From: Candidatus Campbellbacteria bacterium RIFOXYC2_FULL_35_25 | GTDB lineage: Bacteria; Patescibacteriota; Minisyncoccia; Phycocordibacterales; UBA12079 | Reading direction: 5' to 3' | DNA: 64,000 nt | Assembly: GCA_001774495.1 (NCBI GenBank) | Contig: MFAE01000006.1 | Span: 5,356 to 69,355 of the forward strand | Shown: positions 63,931 through 64,000 of the stretch, one piece after another | Layout: every line of letters begins with the position of its first letter | Position numbering within the stretch: position 1 is the stretch's first letter | Translations under genes and position numbers: made by a program | Notes under the pieces: model-generated | What the model was told of the DNA's origin: nothing | What the model saw: the letters and a program-made list of their open reading frames with translations, nothing else | Databases searched by the model: none

Positions 63931-64000
63931 TCCGTTACTGTGAGACGTCTTTGCTAGCCATTTTATAAAATTGTAGGTCTCTTCTATAAAAAAACCATTT

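Overview
The window is AT-rich with compact, mostly minus-strand genes. Its content (many glycosyltransferases, a lamin-tail-domain protein, a T4SS coupling-ATPase-like protein, a TPR-fused O-antigen-ligase-like protein) is typical of a reduced Candidate Phyla Radiation / Patescibacteria-type genome; this is inference from gene content and composition only.

Recognisable core genes: a D-2-hydroxyacid dehydrogenase, enolase, PEP synthase, MOFRL glycerate 2-kinase, SecA, MurB, PIF1/RecD-like helicase, MetRS, GlyRS, IleRS, IlvA, RidA, RecO, and tRNA-Gln.

A roughly 22 kb glycan-biosynthesis island (17.7-39.5 kb) carries an O-antigen-ligase/TPR protein, a Wzx-like flippase, a sulfotransferase, three methyltransferases, two GT9 and seven GT4 glycosyltransferases, HAD, NUDIX, an APH-like kinase, an HD protein and an SDR epimerase. 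A cell-surface module (39.6-48.7 kb) holds a lamin-tail-domain protein, a TraG/VirD4-like ATPase, a 1385-aa adhesin with thrombospondin-type-1-like repeats and a recent internal 1.2-kb duplication, and a glycoside-hydrolase-like protein.

Features the ORF track does not explain:
1. Three paralogous ~110-130-nt structured RNA candidates (R1, R2, R3) sit at the stop codon of minus-strand genes, each followed by an intrinsic terminator, with compensatory base changes across three helices.
2. A MITE-like family with 13-bp terminal inverted repeats (CCCCCACACCTTT / AAAGGTGTGGGGG) and 4-bp target-site duplications occurs at three loci. Two copies are inserted at the identical position of paralogous promoters, and a third paralogous promoter lacks the insertion.
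3. An IS200/IS605-type Y1 transposase gene is flanked by identical hairpins.
4. IleRS carries a ~250-aa insertion with a histidine-phosphatase (PGAM-like) domain splitting a zinc-knuckle region.
5. An AbrB/MazE-like mini-ORF behind a perfect 36-bp palindrome reads, by my reading, in frame into a GT4 gene with no stop codon.
6. A promoter-driven structured leader precedes tRNA-Gln.
7. An 85-nt tRNA-like element does not fold canonically.
8. Several GC-enriched small ORFs have strong ribosome-binding sites and perfect terminators.

No CRISPR array and no rRNA were seen.
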